Positions 16,857 through 25,521 of a stretch of 64,000 bases of DNA are shown here, piece after piece (position 1 is the stretch's first letter; each line of letters opens with the position of its first letter). Both the position numbers and the translations under genes were made by a program. Origin of the DNA: Candidatus Omnitrophota bacterium (lineage in GTDB: Bacteria > Omnitrophota > Gorgyraeia > 1-14-0-20-64-10). The stretch spans positions 17,900 to 81,899 of the forward strand of contig JACQCH010000007.1 in NCBI GenBank assembly GCA_016201735.1. The letters are read 5' to 3'. The notes beneath the pieces were generated by a model. It had not been told where the DNA came from and searched no databases. It worked only from the letters and a program-made list of their open reading frames with translations.

Positions 16857-18983
16857 ATGAAAATTCTTTTCTCCTGGCTTAAAGAGTTCATCGAAATTTC
16901 CCTCCACCCGGAGGCGTTGGCGGAGCGGCTGACCTTGTCCGGCGCCGAGGTGACCGGGCTCACCCAAGCCGACGGCGATTGGGTTTTCGAGTTGGAGATC
17001 ACTCCCAACCGGCCCGATCTCCTGAGCCATTTAGGGATGGCCCGGGAAATCGCGGCGATTTTAGGACGCCCATTCCGCCCGACAAAAACGGCTCGAGAGA
17101 ATGTCTCTCTGATGAATCAACCGCCGCCTTCGTTCCCAGTGGTCATTGAGGATACCCAAGGATGCGCCCGCTACGTGGGGATCGTCATGGAAAGGGTTCG
17201 GGTGGGAGAAAGTCCGCCGGAAATGGCCCGGCGCCTGATCCGTTTGGGGGTGCGGCCGGTCAATAACGTGGTGGATGTCACAAATTTGTGCCTGCTGGAA
17301 CTTGGCCAGCCGCTGCACGCGTTCGACCTGGACCGCTTGGAGGGGCGCTCGATCCGGGTCCGGACCGCCGGGGCGAAAGAAACGCTGGTGACGCTCGATG
17401 GAGTTTCCCGGGCGCTTCCTCCGGACACGCTGGTCATCGCCGATGCGAAGCGGCCGGTGGCACTGGCGGGGATCATGGGGGGCCGCGACACGGAGATCAG
17501 CTCCAAGACGAAACGGATTTTTCTCGAGTCGGCCTGCTTTCATCCGGACCGGATTCGCAGGACCGTCCGGCTGACCAAGCTTTCCTCCGACTCTTCCTAT
17601 CGGTTCGAGCGGGGAGTGGATTTACAGATGGTGCCGATGGCAGCGGTTCGGGCCGCCCGTTGGATTCAAAAGGTCGCCGGAGGAAAAATAGAAGGGGGCC
17701 TGATCAATGTCGGAGAGCCCTCACCGGTGCGGCGGCGGATCCCCCTGCGTCCGAAGCAGGCCCAGAGTCTGCTCGGGATGCGGATTTATCCCGCGCAACA
17801 GCGTCGATACCTGGAACGGCTGGGCTGCCGTGTCACCGGGACCCAACAGGGGTACCGGGTGGAACCCCCCTCTTGGCGCAGCGACCTCAAAATCCCGGAG
17901 GATCTTTACGAGGAATTGGCCCGCCTCTGGGGATACGATCGGTGTCCCACTTCCCTTCCGCCCGTTCCCCGGCAGGAGATCAGTTCCCGCTGGCAGCCGG
18001 TGGAGGATCACTGGCCTGTTCTTCAGACGCAGATTCGCCGCCTGCTGGTGGCGGCAGGGGCACAGGAGATCATGACCTACACGCTTCTGAGTCAAGAGGG
18101 CCTTTCCCGCTGTCGGCTGGCCCCTTCCCGCAGGATTGCGAATCCGTTGAGCCGGGAACAGGAGTGCCTGCGCCCTTCCTTATTACCGGGTGCCTTGGAG
18201 GTGGCGGCCCGAAATCTTCATCGAAAGACGGCAGCCCATTTCCAGTTTTTTGAGTTGGGGCACCTCTATGAAAGAGAAAAGGTCTCCGGAGAACCTTCTG
18301 CCCTTCCGGACCGGGCCCTTCCCTTTGAAAAGAGAACCCTTTCAGTCCTGGCGGCAGGAGTTCCCCTCCCCGCTTGGGGAGGGACCCCGAAGGGGCCGAG
18401 CATCCTGTACCTTAAAGGAATCATCCAGTTCCTCTGTGAGCGGCTCCGAATCGGTCTCCCCCGCGAAGAAATTCTTGGAGAGAAAGAAATTCAAAAAAAC
18501 GATTGTCCCTGCTCGTACCTTCTGGCCCCGGCCGTTCAATTCCGGCTAGATGACCAGCTTCTTGGATGGACCGGCAGAGTGGATCCAAAGGTCTTGAGCG
18601 CCCATGAAATCCCAGAAGAGATTCCTCTCATTTATGCGGAGCTGAACCTGGAGTTGATCATAAAGACCCCAGCCGTTCCTTTGAAGGTTCAGCCGTTGGC
18701 CAAGGTTGCCCCGGTTCTCCGGGACCTGGCGATCCTGGTGCCGGCGGAGATTCTTCATGAAGCAATCCTGCAGGCCATACAGACGGCGGGACGGCCTCTT
18801 TTAAAGGAAGCGACCCTGTTTGATTTTTACCAGGGGCCTCAAGTGCCGCCGGGGGAAAAGAGTTTGGCCTTCCGGCTGGAGTTTTCCGCTGGAGACCGGA
18901 CCCTGACCGAAGAAGAAGTCGCCGCTGCCTTCCGGAAAATCCTAGACTCCCTGGGATCCCGCTTCAATGCCAGCATCAGGTAA
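16857..18983 (+). CDS. pheT: Phenylalanine--tRNA ligase beta subunit (short ~700-aa form)
   Basis: MKILFSWLKEFIEI... B3/4 and B5 domains; follows pheS. Confidence 0.9.
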   Translation: MKILFSWLKEFIEISLHPEALAERLTLSGAEVTGLTQADGDWVFELEITPNRPDLLSHLGMAREIAAILGRPFRPTKTARENVSLMNQPPPSFPVVIEDTQGCARYVGIVMERVRVGESPPEMARRLIRLGVRPVNNVVDVTNLCLLELGQPLHAFDLDRLEGRSIRVRTAGAKETLVTLDGVSRALPPDTLVIADAKRPVALAGIMGGRDTEISSKTKRIFLESACFHPDRIRRTVRLTKLSSDSSYRFERGVDLQMVPMAAVRAARWIQKVAGGKIEGGLINVGEPSPVRRRIPLRPKQAQSLLGMRIYPAQQRRYLERLGCRVTGTQQGYRVEPPSWRSDLKIPEDLYEELARLWGYDRCPTSLPPVPRQEISSRWQPVEDHWPVLQTQIRRLLVAAGAQEIMTYTLLSQEGLSRCRLAPSRRIANPLSREQECLRPSLLPGALEVAARNLHRKTAAHFQFFELGHLYEREKVSGEPSALPDRALPFEKRTLSVLAAGVPLPAWGGTPKGPSILYLKGIIQFLCERLRIGLPREEILGEKEIQKNDCPCSYLLAPAVQFRLDDQLLGWTGRVDPKVLSAHEIPEEIPLIYAELNLELIIKTPAVPLKVQPLAKVAPVLRDLAILVPAEILHEAILQAIQTAGRPLLKEATLFDFYQGPQVPPGEKSLAFRLEFSAGDRTLTEEEVAAAFRKILDSLGSRFNASIR

Positions 18984-18996
18984 TCCCGCTTAGAGA

Positions 18997-19025
18997 TTGA
19001 ACTCGGAGCTGTTTTGTGGTATAAG
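18997..19025 (+). promoter_or_regulatory. Strong sigma70-like promoter TTGAAC-17-(TG)TATAAG
   Basis: ttgaac 18997-19002, 17-nt spacer ending in tgtgg (extended -10), tataag 19020-19025. Confidence 0.45.
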
Positions 19026-19032
19026 AGAAATG

Positions 19033-19240
19033 TCCCTGCGGTGTTCGTGATTGGTCGAAAGCGATTCTGAACCAACAGCAGAATCGTAGGGAGCTTGACT
19101 TCAGCGGTGGAGAGCAGGCCCACCGGGTGTTGAAACAGGCCCGGAGGGAAGCAAGAAACCGGTGAGCAGGTTCCCGATGGTGAAGATACCAGGTTCAAGA
19201 ATGGATTCGACACACGGCATTCGCGGGGACGTTTTTTTGA
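19033..19240 (+). ncRNA. Candidate small RNA (~205 nt), possibly 6S RNA-like
   Basis: Starts just downstream of the promoter above and ends at a T7 run (gacgtttttttg) 22 nt before rarA. 5' GTCCCTGCGG pairs with 3' CCGCGGGGAC to close a long terminal helix; internal hairpins cgattctg..cagaatcg and ccggg..cccgg; no coding potential. Confidence 0.35.
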
Positions 19241-19262
19241 AGGGCGGTTTTGAGGTTTCGAA

Positions 19263-20645
19263 ATGAGCAAATCCCCGAAAATCACCCCCTCACTCAGTCT
19301 CTTCCAGAAGGAGTTGGATCCGTCCCCCGAGGCGATGCCCCACGCGGCCTCCACGCCGCTGGCGGCCCGGATGCGCCCGCGGGACTTGTCGGAATACGTC
19401 GGCCAACCCCACCTTTTAGGCCCCGGGAAAATCTTAAGGCGGGCGATCGAAGCAGACCGGCTCTCGAGCTTGATTCTGTACGGCCCGCCGGGCTGCGGCA
19501 AGACGGCGCTGGGCTTTTTGATTGCGGCGAAAACCAAGAGTCACGTCGAGCGGATCAATGCCGTCGCCGCCGGAGTGGAGGATCTCCGGCGGGCCATTGA
19601 AGGGGCCCGGTTCCGGCGCTCGACGGCGGAGAAGCGGACGATCCTTTTTATCGACGAGATCCACCGGTTCAACAAGGCCCAGCAGGATGTCCTGATGCCG
19701 GAGGTGGAGGATGGGACAGTCCTCTTGATCGGGGCCACCACCCACAACCCTTTCTTTTCACTCGTCTCACCGCTTCTGTCCCGTTCCCTGGTGGCGGAGT
19801 TAAAACCCTTGTCGAAAGAAGAAATCCTTTTGATCCTCCGCCGGGCGCTGGTCGATAAGGAGCGGGGGTTGGGGCGGATGAACCTGCAGGTCGATGAGGA
19901 GGCACTGGCCTTTTTAGGGACCATCGCCGACGGAGACGCCCGCCGGGCCTTAAACGGGTTGGAGTTGGCCGCCGTCACGACCCCGCCGGATCAAACCGGC
20001 CCGCCGGACAAAGAGGGACTTTCCCGAATCACCCGGGAAGTGGTGGAGGAGTCGGTCCAGAAGAAAGCGGTTGTGTACGACCGGGACGAAGACGCCCATT
20101 ACGATACCATCTCGGCCTACATTAAATCGATGCGCGGGTCCGATCCGGACGCAGCCCTCTACTGGCTGGCGAAGATGCTCTACGCCGGGGAGGATCCCCG
20201 GTTTATCGCCCGGCGTCTGGTCATCTGCGCGTCGGAGGATGTCGGCAACGCCGACCCACAGGCGCTGGTTGTGGCCACTGCCGCGGCCCAGGCGGTGGAA
20301 ATGATTGGGCTGCCGGAGTGCCGGATTCCGCTCGCCCAGGCGACTGTTTATGTCGCGTGCGCGCCGAAATCCAATGCTTCTTATGTTGGAATCGAGAAGG
20401 CCTCTGAAGATGTGGAGAAGGGAACCCTTCTGGAGGTTCCCGAGCATCTAAAAGATTCCCATTATCCAGGAGCCAAACGGTTAGGGCATGGGAAAGGGTA
20501 CAAGTATGCTCACAGCTTTCCGGGACATGTTGTGGAGCAGACCTACCTGCCTAGAGAAAAGGTTTATTATGAACCCAGCGATCAGGGATTCGAGAACCAA
20601 ATCAAAGAACGGTTATCCCAGATTCGCCTAAAACGGAACTCGTAA
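19263..20645 (+). CDS. rarA: Recombination factor RarA/MgsA (AAA+ ATPase)
   Basis: LILYGPPGCGKTAL Walker A; MgsA C-terminal domain. Confidence 0.85.
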   Translation: MSKSPKITPSLSLFQKELDPSPEAMPHAASTPLAARMRPRDLSEYVGQPHLLGPGKILRRAIEADRLSSLILYGPPGCGKTALGFLIAAKTKSHVERINAVAAGVEDLRRAIEGARFRRSTAEKRTILFIDEIHRFNKAQQDVLMPEVEDGTVLLIGATTHNPFFSLVSPLLSRSLVAELKPLSKEEILLILRRALVDKERGLGRMNLQVDEEALAFLGTIADGDARRALNGLELAAVTTPPDQTGPPDKEGLSRITREVVEESVQKKAVVYDRDEDAHYDTISAYIKSMRGSDPDAALYWLAKMLYAGEDPRFIARRLVICASEDVGNADPQALVVATAAAQAVEMIGLPECRIPLAQATVYVACAPKSNASYVGIEKASEDVEKGTLLEVPEHLKDSHYPGAKRLGHGKGYKYAHSFPGHVVEQTYLPREKVYYEPSDQGFENQIKERLSQIRLKRNS

Positions 20646-20653
20646 TTTTCATA

Positions 20654-20706
20654 TTGACAAGGTGTTGGGAATATTTTATTATTTTAGTCTGTATTTATGA
20701 CTAAAA
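20654..20706 (+). promoter_or_regulatory. cysH promoter (TTGACA-17-TATTAT) with overlapping inverted-repeat operator TTTTAGTC-N9-GACTAAAA
   Basis: ttgaca 20654-20659, tattat 20677-20682; perfect 8-bp inverted repeat arms at 20682-20689 and 20699-20706, resembling Rrf2 (IscR/CymR) half-sites. Confidence 0.5.
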
Positions 20707-20734
20707 TAGTCAAGATTTCGGAGGGAATAGAAAT

Positions 20735-21457
20735 ATGTCAGCGAAGAGTTTGTCTGAAGCAGAAATTTCTGAAGTAGCCAAGCGGCTTGAATCTCAGTCT
20801 GCGGAGGATGTCCTTCGGTGGGGAATTGAAACCTTTTTCCCCAAGATCGGGTTTGCCTCCAGTTTCGGAGCGGAGGATGTGGTGGTGATTGATCTTATTT
20901 CCAAGGTCAGGAAGGAAACGACGATCTTTACGTTAGACACCGGCCGGCTTCCGGAGGAGACGTACGAGGTGATGGATCAAATCCGTGCCCGTTACGGGGT
21001 GACGATCACCAGCTATTTCCCGGACCGTCCGGCGGTGGAAAAATTGGAGCGGGGAAAGGGATTCTACTCCTTCCGCCAGTCGATTGAGAACCGGAAAGAG
21101 TGCTGCGGGATTCGGAAGGTGGAGCCGTTGAACCGAGCGCTGGCCGAGCTGGATGCCTGGGTGACCGGTTTGCGGCGGGAGCAGGCGGTGACCCGGGCCG
21201 CGCTGCCGAAGGTGGAAGTCGACACGGCCCACCGGGGCATGGTGAAGTTGAATCCGATCGCCGAGTGGACCACCCAACAAGTTTGGGATTACATTCGCAA
21301 GAACAAGGTGCCGTACAATAAACTGCACGACAAAAATTATCCTTCCATTGGATGCGCTCCCTGCACCCGGGCAGTTAAGCCCGGCGAGGATATCCGGGCC
21401 GGCCGTTGGTGGTGGGAACTGCCGGAGCAGAAGGAATGCGGTTTGCACGTCAAATGA
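20735..21457 (+). CDS. cysH: Adenylyl-sulfate / phosphoadenylyl-sulfate reductase (thioredoxin-dependent; C-terminal CC…ECGLH cluster suggests the APS-reductase type)
   Basis: PAPS_reduct fold, KNYPSIGCAPCT and C-terminal ECGLHV. Confidence 0.85.
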   Translation: MSAKSLSEAEISEVAKRLESQSAEDVLRWGIETFFPKIGFASSFGAEDVVVIDLISKVRKETTIFTLDTGRLPEETYEVMDQIRARYGVTITSYFPDRPAVEKLERGKGFYSFRQSIENRKECCGIRKVEPLNRALAELDAWVTGLRREQAVTRAALPKVEVDTAHRGMVKLNPIAEWTTQQVWDYIRKNKVPYNKLHDKNYPSIGCAPCTRAVKPGEDIRAGRWWWELPEQKECGLHVK

Positions 21458-21552
21458 GGCCCGGACTTGCGGAGGGGAACGACGCAAGTCCGTTGGCCGA
21501 ATTTGATCCCGAGGAGCGTAGCGACGAGGGATCTCAAAAGGAGAGCAAATTT

Positions 21553-21996
21553 ATGAAACCGATGATTTCTATTCTTGGAGTGGCGGTGACGTCTGTTTTT
21601 CTGGCCGGATGCGCGACCTCTCTTGGGACCAAGACGAGCGAGGCGGAATCGTTGAAAGCCCAGGTCGCTTCCTTGGAGGGCCGGGTGGGAGAGTTGAATT
21701 CCAAGGTTGAAGATCTCTCGAAGCAGCAGGGATTGTCGGAGGGGGAGGCCCAGGCGACTCCAACGGCCGCCTCGGAGAAGGAAAGCGGGAAAGGATCGGC
21801 AGCCCTCTCTGCCCGCCAGGTTCAGCTGGCGCTGAAGAACGCCGGTTTTTATTCCGGGCAAATTGACGGCAGGCTGGGCCGGAAGACCAAGCAGGCGGTC
21901 AAGGCGTTCCAGCGTTCCAACGGTTTGACCCCGGATGGAAAGATAGGGGCCAGAACCTCGATGGCCTTAGCGAAATTCATTGAGAAAGAAAAATAA
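21553..21996 (+). CDS. Lipoprotein with coiled coil and C-terminal peptidoglycan-binding domain
   Basis: Start MKPMISILGVAVTSVFLAGC (lipobox); C-terminal LKNAGFYSGQIDGRLGRKTKQAVKAFQRSNGLTPDGKIG is a PG_binding_1-type repeat. Confidence 0.6.
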   Translation: MKPMISILGVAVTSVFLAGCATSLGTKTSEAESLKAQVASLEGRVGELNSKVEDLSKQQGLSEGEAQATPTAASEKESGKGSAALSARQVQLALKNAGFYSGQIDGRLGRKTKQAVKAFQRSNGLTPDGKIGARTSMALAKFIEKEK

Positions 21997-22014
21997 GACT
22001 CGCCGGAGCGGCCG

Positions 22015-23196
22015 ATGAGTGACCTTGTTCTCCCTCATGGTGGAAAACTCGTTGAGCGGTTGATCCAGGGGTCCGAGCGGGAAGCGCTGCTTCATCAAGC
22101 GCAATCCTTGCCTTCCCTGGTGTTAAACGAGTGGGTCCTCTCCGATATCGAGATGCTCGGGATCGGCGCCTTCTCTCCCCTGGAGGGTTTCTTGCGGGAG
22201 GCCGATTACGATTCCGTCATCGACCGGATGCGGTTGACCAACGGGGTTGTCTGGCCGATCCCGGTCACCCTCGCCGTCACGGAAGGCCAAGCCGACTCCT
22301 GGAAGGAAGAGGTGGATCTGGCCTTAAGATCCCCCGAGGGGGAAATCATCGCGGTCCTGCATCAGCCGACGCTGTTTCCTTACAACCGGATGGTGGAGTC
22401 GAAGCTGGTCTACGGGACGACCGATGTGAGTCATCCCGGAGTGGCTCGGGTCATGGCTCAAGGCCCCTATTACGTGGGGGGGCGCGTCTCAGTGTTGAAT
22501 CTGCCGCGGCATCCCGCTTTCTTGACGTGCCGGCGGACCCCCGCGCAGATCCGCCAGGAATTTCACCTGCGGGGCTGGAAACAGGTGGTGGGATTCCAGA
22601 CCCGCAACCCGATCCACCGGGCCCATGAGTATCTGCTTCGGTGCGCGCTGGAGATCGTCGACGGGCTGCTGATCCATCCGCTCGTCGGACAGACCAAGGG
22701 AGATGACATCCCCGCTTCCACGCGGATGCGCTGCTACGAGGCGCTCATTGAAGGGTATCTCCCGAAGGACCGGGTCCTCCTGGTGGTCAACCCCGCCTCC
22801 ATGCGCTACGCGGGGCCCCGGGAAGCGGTCTTTCACGCGATTATCCGTCAGAACTATGGCTGCAGCCACTTCATCGTCGGCCGCGACCATGCCGGCGTCG
22901 GGAAATTCTACGGGCCGTTTGATGCCCAGAGGATTTTCGAACGTTTCTCGAAAGAGGAACTGGGGATCACGCCGCTGTGCTTCGACAACGCCTTCTACTG
23001 CCGGGTTTGCCAGGGGATGGCCACCGTCAAAACATGCCCGCACCCGGCCGCGGAGCGGATTTCTTTGAGCGGGACGGCGGTTCGGCAGATGCTCTCGGAA
23101 GGGAAATCCCCTCCGCCGGAATTCACCCGTCCCGAGATCGCCGAGATTTTAAAGGAAGTCCACAGCCAGGCCAGCCAAGTCCATGCGGGGTCGTAA
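22015..23196 (+). CDS. sat: Sulfate adenylyltransferase (ATP sulfurylase)
   Basis: 393 aa, QTRNPIHRAHE and GRDHAG motifs. Confidence 0.9.
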   Translation: MSDLVLPHGGKLVERLIQGSEREALLHQAQSLPSLVLNEWVLSDIEMLGIGAFSPLEGFLREADYDSVIDRMRLTNGVVWPIPVTLAVTEGQADSWKEEVDLALRSPEGEIIAVLHQPTLFPYNRMVESKLVYGTTDVSHPGVARVMAQGPYYVGGRVSVLNLPRHPAFLTCRRTPAQIRQEFHLRGWKQVVGFQTRNPIHRAHEYLLRCALEIVDGLLIHPLVGQTKGDDIPASTRMRCYEALIEGYLPKDRVLLVVNPASMRYAGPREAVFHAIIRQNYGCSHFIVGRDHAGVGKFYGPFDAQRIFERFSKEELGITPLCFDNAFYCRVCQGMATVKTCPHPAAERISLSGTAVRQMLSEGKSPPPEFTRPEIAEILKEVHSQASQVHAGS

Positions 23197-23205
23197 GAGA
23201 AGCCC

Positions 23206-24039
23206 ATGTCGGTGGTTCTTGATCGGGTCTCCAAACGGTTTTCCCAGAACGGCTCGACCGTCGAGGTCCTTAAGGAGATCAGCCTCACGATCGAGGATGG
23301 AGAATTTGTCTGCCTCGTCGGCCCCTCCGGCTGCGGTAAAAGCACCCTCATCAACTTAATCGCCGGCCTGGACCTGCCTTCCTCAGGCAGGGTTCTCATC
23401 GATGGAGTTCCCGTTACCGGTTCCGGCGATTGCGGGCTGGTGTTTCAGGAACCGGCTCTTTTCCCGTGGCTCACCGTGCAGGGCAATGTGGAGTTCGGCC
23501 TCCGGATGGCCGGGAGTCTCCCCGCGAAGCGGCGGGAAAGGACCGCCAAATATCTGAAGATGGTGCACCTGAGCCGCTTCGCCGATTTCTATCCTTATCA
23601 GCTCTCCGGGGGAATGAAACAGCGGGTCGCGATCGCCCGGGCGCTGGTGATGGATCCCAAACTTCTTCTCATGGATGAGCCGTTCGCCGCGCTGGACGCC
23701 CAGACCCGCCGTCTGCTTCATGAAGAACTGCTGGAGATCTGGCAGGAAACGGGCAAGACGGTCTTCTTCGTCACTCACAATGTGCGGGAGGCCACGGTGC
23801 TGGCGGACAAGGTGTTGACGATCTCGGCCCGGCCGGGCCGGATCAAGAATGGATACGCCATTCACTTGCCCAGGCCCCGACGGGAAAGCGATCCGCATCT
23901 GATCGTCATCCAGCAGAGGATCCTTTTGAACATCCAGGAAGAGATCGCGAAGGTGGTGAAGGATGAAGACATGGATTACCTGGTCAAAAAGAGCATCCCC
24001 CAGGGACATGCCCATCGGAGCGGGGGAAACGAACCCTGA
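23206..24039 (+). CDS. ABC transporter ATP-binding protein (NitT/TauT-SsuB family); no permease or binding protein adjacent
   Basis: GPSGCGKST Walker A, LSGGMKQRVAIARAL signature, Walker B. Confidence 0.8.
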   Translation: MSVVLDRVSKRFSQNGSTVEVLKEISLTIEDGEFVCLVGPSGCGKSTLINLIAGLDLPSSGRVLIDGVPVTGSGDCGLVFQEPALFPWLTVQGNVEFGLRMAGSLPAKRRERTAKYLKMVHLSRFADFYPYQLSGGMKQRVAIARALVMDPKLLLMDEPFAALDAQTRRLLHEELLEIWQETGKTVFFVTHNVREATVLADKVLTISARPGRIKNGYAIHLPRPRRESDPHLIVIQQRILLNIQEEIAKVVKDEDMDYLVKKSIPQGHAHRSGGNEP

Positions 24040-24081
24040 AAGGGGCTCTGAGATCTCTCATTGAGTTTCGGGGGCGGTCGG

Positions 24082-24573
24082 ATGCTGAAAATCAAAAGTT
24101 CAATCCTACAGAAGATGATTCAGTATTGCGAGAAGGAAAAACAGGAGGCCGGCAACGAAGCATGCGGCTATCTTGTGGGCCGGGATGGCGTTGTAACGGA
24201 GGCTTATCTCGTAGAAAACGCTCATCGGAGCCCCACGAGTTATCACATGCAGCCCGTAGCACAGCTCGTGCTTCAAAAGACGCTTCGGGAGTTGAAGTTG
24301 GAGGAGATGGCAATTTATCATTCTCACGTGGCGACACAAGCTTATCCTTCGCGCCGCGATATCGATAACGCGACAGCTGTTCAAGATCTTTTCGACGGCC
24401 ACTACGTACTGGTCTCATTGCAGGAACCGGGCCGGCCTATTGTTAAAGCCTTCAAAATCCGGGACGGGAATGTTCAGGAAGAGGAAATTCAGGAGGTGTC
24501 GCCCGAAGGGCGTCATCCTCGCGGAAGCGAGGATCAGCGAAGGGAAGATTCCCGCTTTCGCGGGAATGACTAG
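24082..24573 (+). CDS. JAMM/MPN+ metalloprotease (Mec+-like), C-terminally extended by a REP-like element
   Basis: JAMM motif E…HSHV…S..D (EMAIYHSHVATQAYPSRRD). Last ~20 codons and the stop are encoded by the palindromic element at 24513-24570. Confidence 0.7.
   Translation: MLKIKSSILQKMIQYCEKEKQEAGNEACGYLVGRDGVVTEAYLVENAHRSPTSYHMQPVAQLVLQKTLRELKLEEMAIYHSHVATQAYPSRRDIDNATAVQDLFDGHYVLVSLQEPGRPIVKAFKIRDGNVQEEEIQEVSPEGRHPRGSEDQRREDSRFRGND
24513..24570 (+). repeat. Bipartite REP-like palindromic element, copy A (hairpin ATCCTCGC-GGAA-GCGAGGAT plus hairpin GATTCCCGC-TTTC-GCGGGAATGAC)
   Basis: Two adjacent perfect hairpins; the second hairpin recurs at 27484-27509 (inverted) and 32540-32563. Confidence 0.7.
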
Positions 24574-25521
24574 ATGGGCATGAATCGGCTGCTGCGGATC
24601 GGAACCCGGGGATCTCCATTGGCACTCGCGCAGGCGGCGGAGGTGAAGCAGGCGCTGGAGAAGGGGCATCCGGGTTTGAGCTGCGAGCTCGTCGTGTTAA
24701 AGGTAAGCGGCGATGACTTCACGGTCTGGAAAGGGAACGAAGGGGTTCCGTTGAAGGGGCTGTTCGTTAAGGAAATCGAAGAGGCCCTTTTGAAAGGAAG
24801 CATCGAGTTGGCCGTCCATTCGGCGAAAGATCTTCAAGCGGATCTTCCGGCGGGATTGAAGATCGCCGGGGTGCTGCCGCGGAAGGATCCGCGGGACGCG
24901 CTGGTGGGCCGAGATGGAAAAGGGCTGGCGGATCTGCCGGCGAACGCCCGGATAGGAGTCAGTTCTTTGAGACGGCAGTCGCAGTTGAAACGGCTGCGAC
25001 GGGACCTGGAATTGTTGCCGATCCGGGGGAATGTGGATACCCGGCTTAAGAAATTGGATGCCGGCGAATACGACGCGCTGGTTCTGGCGGTCTGCGGGTT
25101 GATCCGGCTGGGGCGTGAGAGTCGGATCACGGAAATTCTAGAGACGGCGAAGATGATGCCGGCACCTGGGCAAGGAGCGCTGGCGGTGGAGATTCGGGAG
25201 GACAATCAGGAAGTTGCTCAACTGCTGCAGGCCGTGAACGACCCGGATGCCGAGACGGAAGTGGAGGCGGAGAGGGCCTTCTTGAAGGCGCTGGGCGGGG
25301 GCTGTTCGGTTCCGGTCGGGGGATTGGCCCGGGTCGAGGGAGAGAATTTAACGTTGACCGGAGCGGTCTTCTCCCCGGACGGATTGAAGGTGGTGCGTGA
25401 ACAGATCGTCGGCCCCCGACAGGCGGCCCGGCGGATCGGCACGGAACTGGCCAGCCACCTGCGGGCCGCCGGCGCCGACCGGCTGCTGTACGGCCAGTGG
25501 AAGAAACCGGTGGGCGCGTGA
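24574..25521 (+). CDS. hemC: Porphobilinogen deaminase (hydroxymethylbilane synthase)
   Basis: IGTRGSPLALAQA N-terminus, 315 aa. Confidence 0.9.
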   Translation: MGMNRLLRIGTRGSPLALAQAAEVKQALEKGHPGLSCELVVLKVSGDDFTVWKGNEGVPLKGLFVKEIEEALLKGSIELAVHSAKDLQADLPAGLKIAGVLPRKDPRDALVGRDGKGLADLPANARIGVSSLRRQSQLKRLRRDLELLPIRGNVDTRLKKLDAGEYDALVLAVCGLIRLGRESRITEILETAKMMPAPGQGALAVEIREDNQEVAQLLQAVNDPDAETEVEAERAFLKALGGGCSVPVGGLARVEGENLTLTGAVFSPDGLKVVREQIVGPRQAARRIGTELASHLRAAGADRLLYGQWKKPVGA

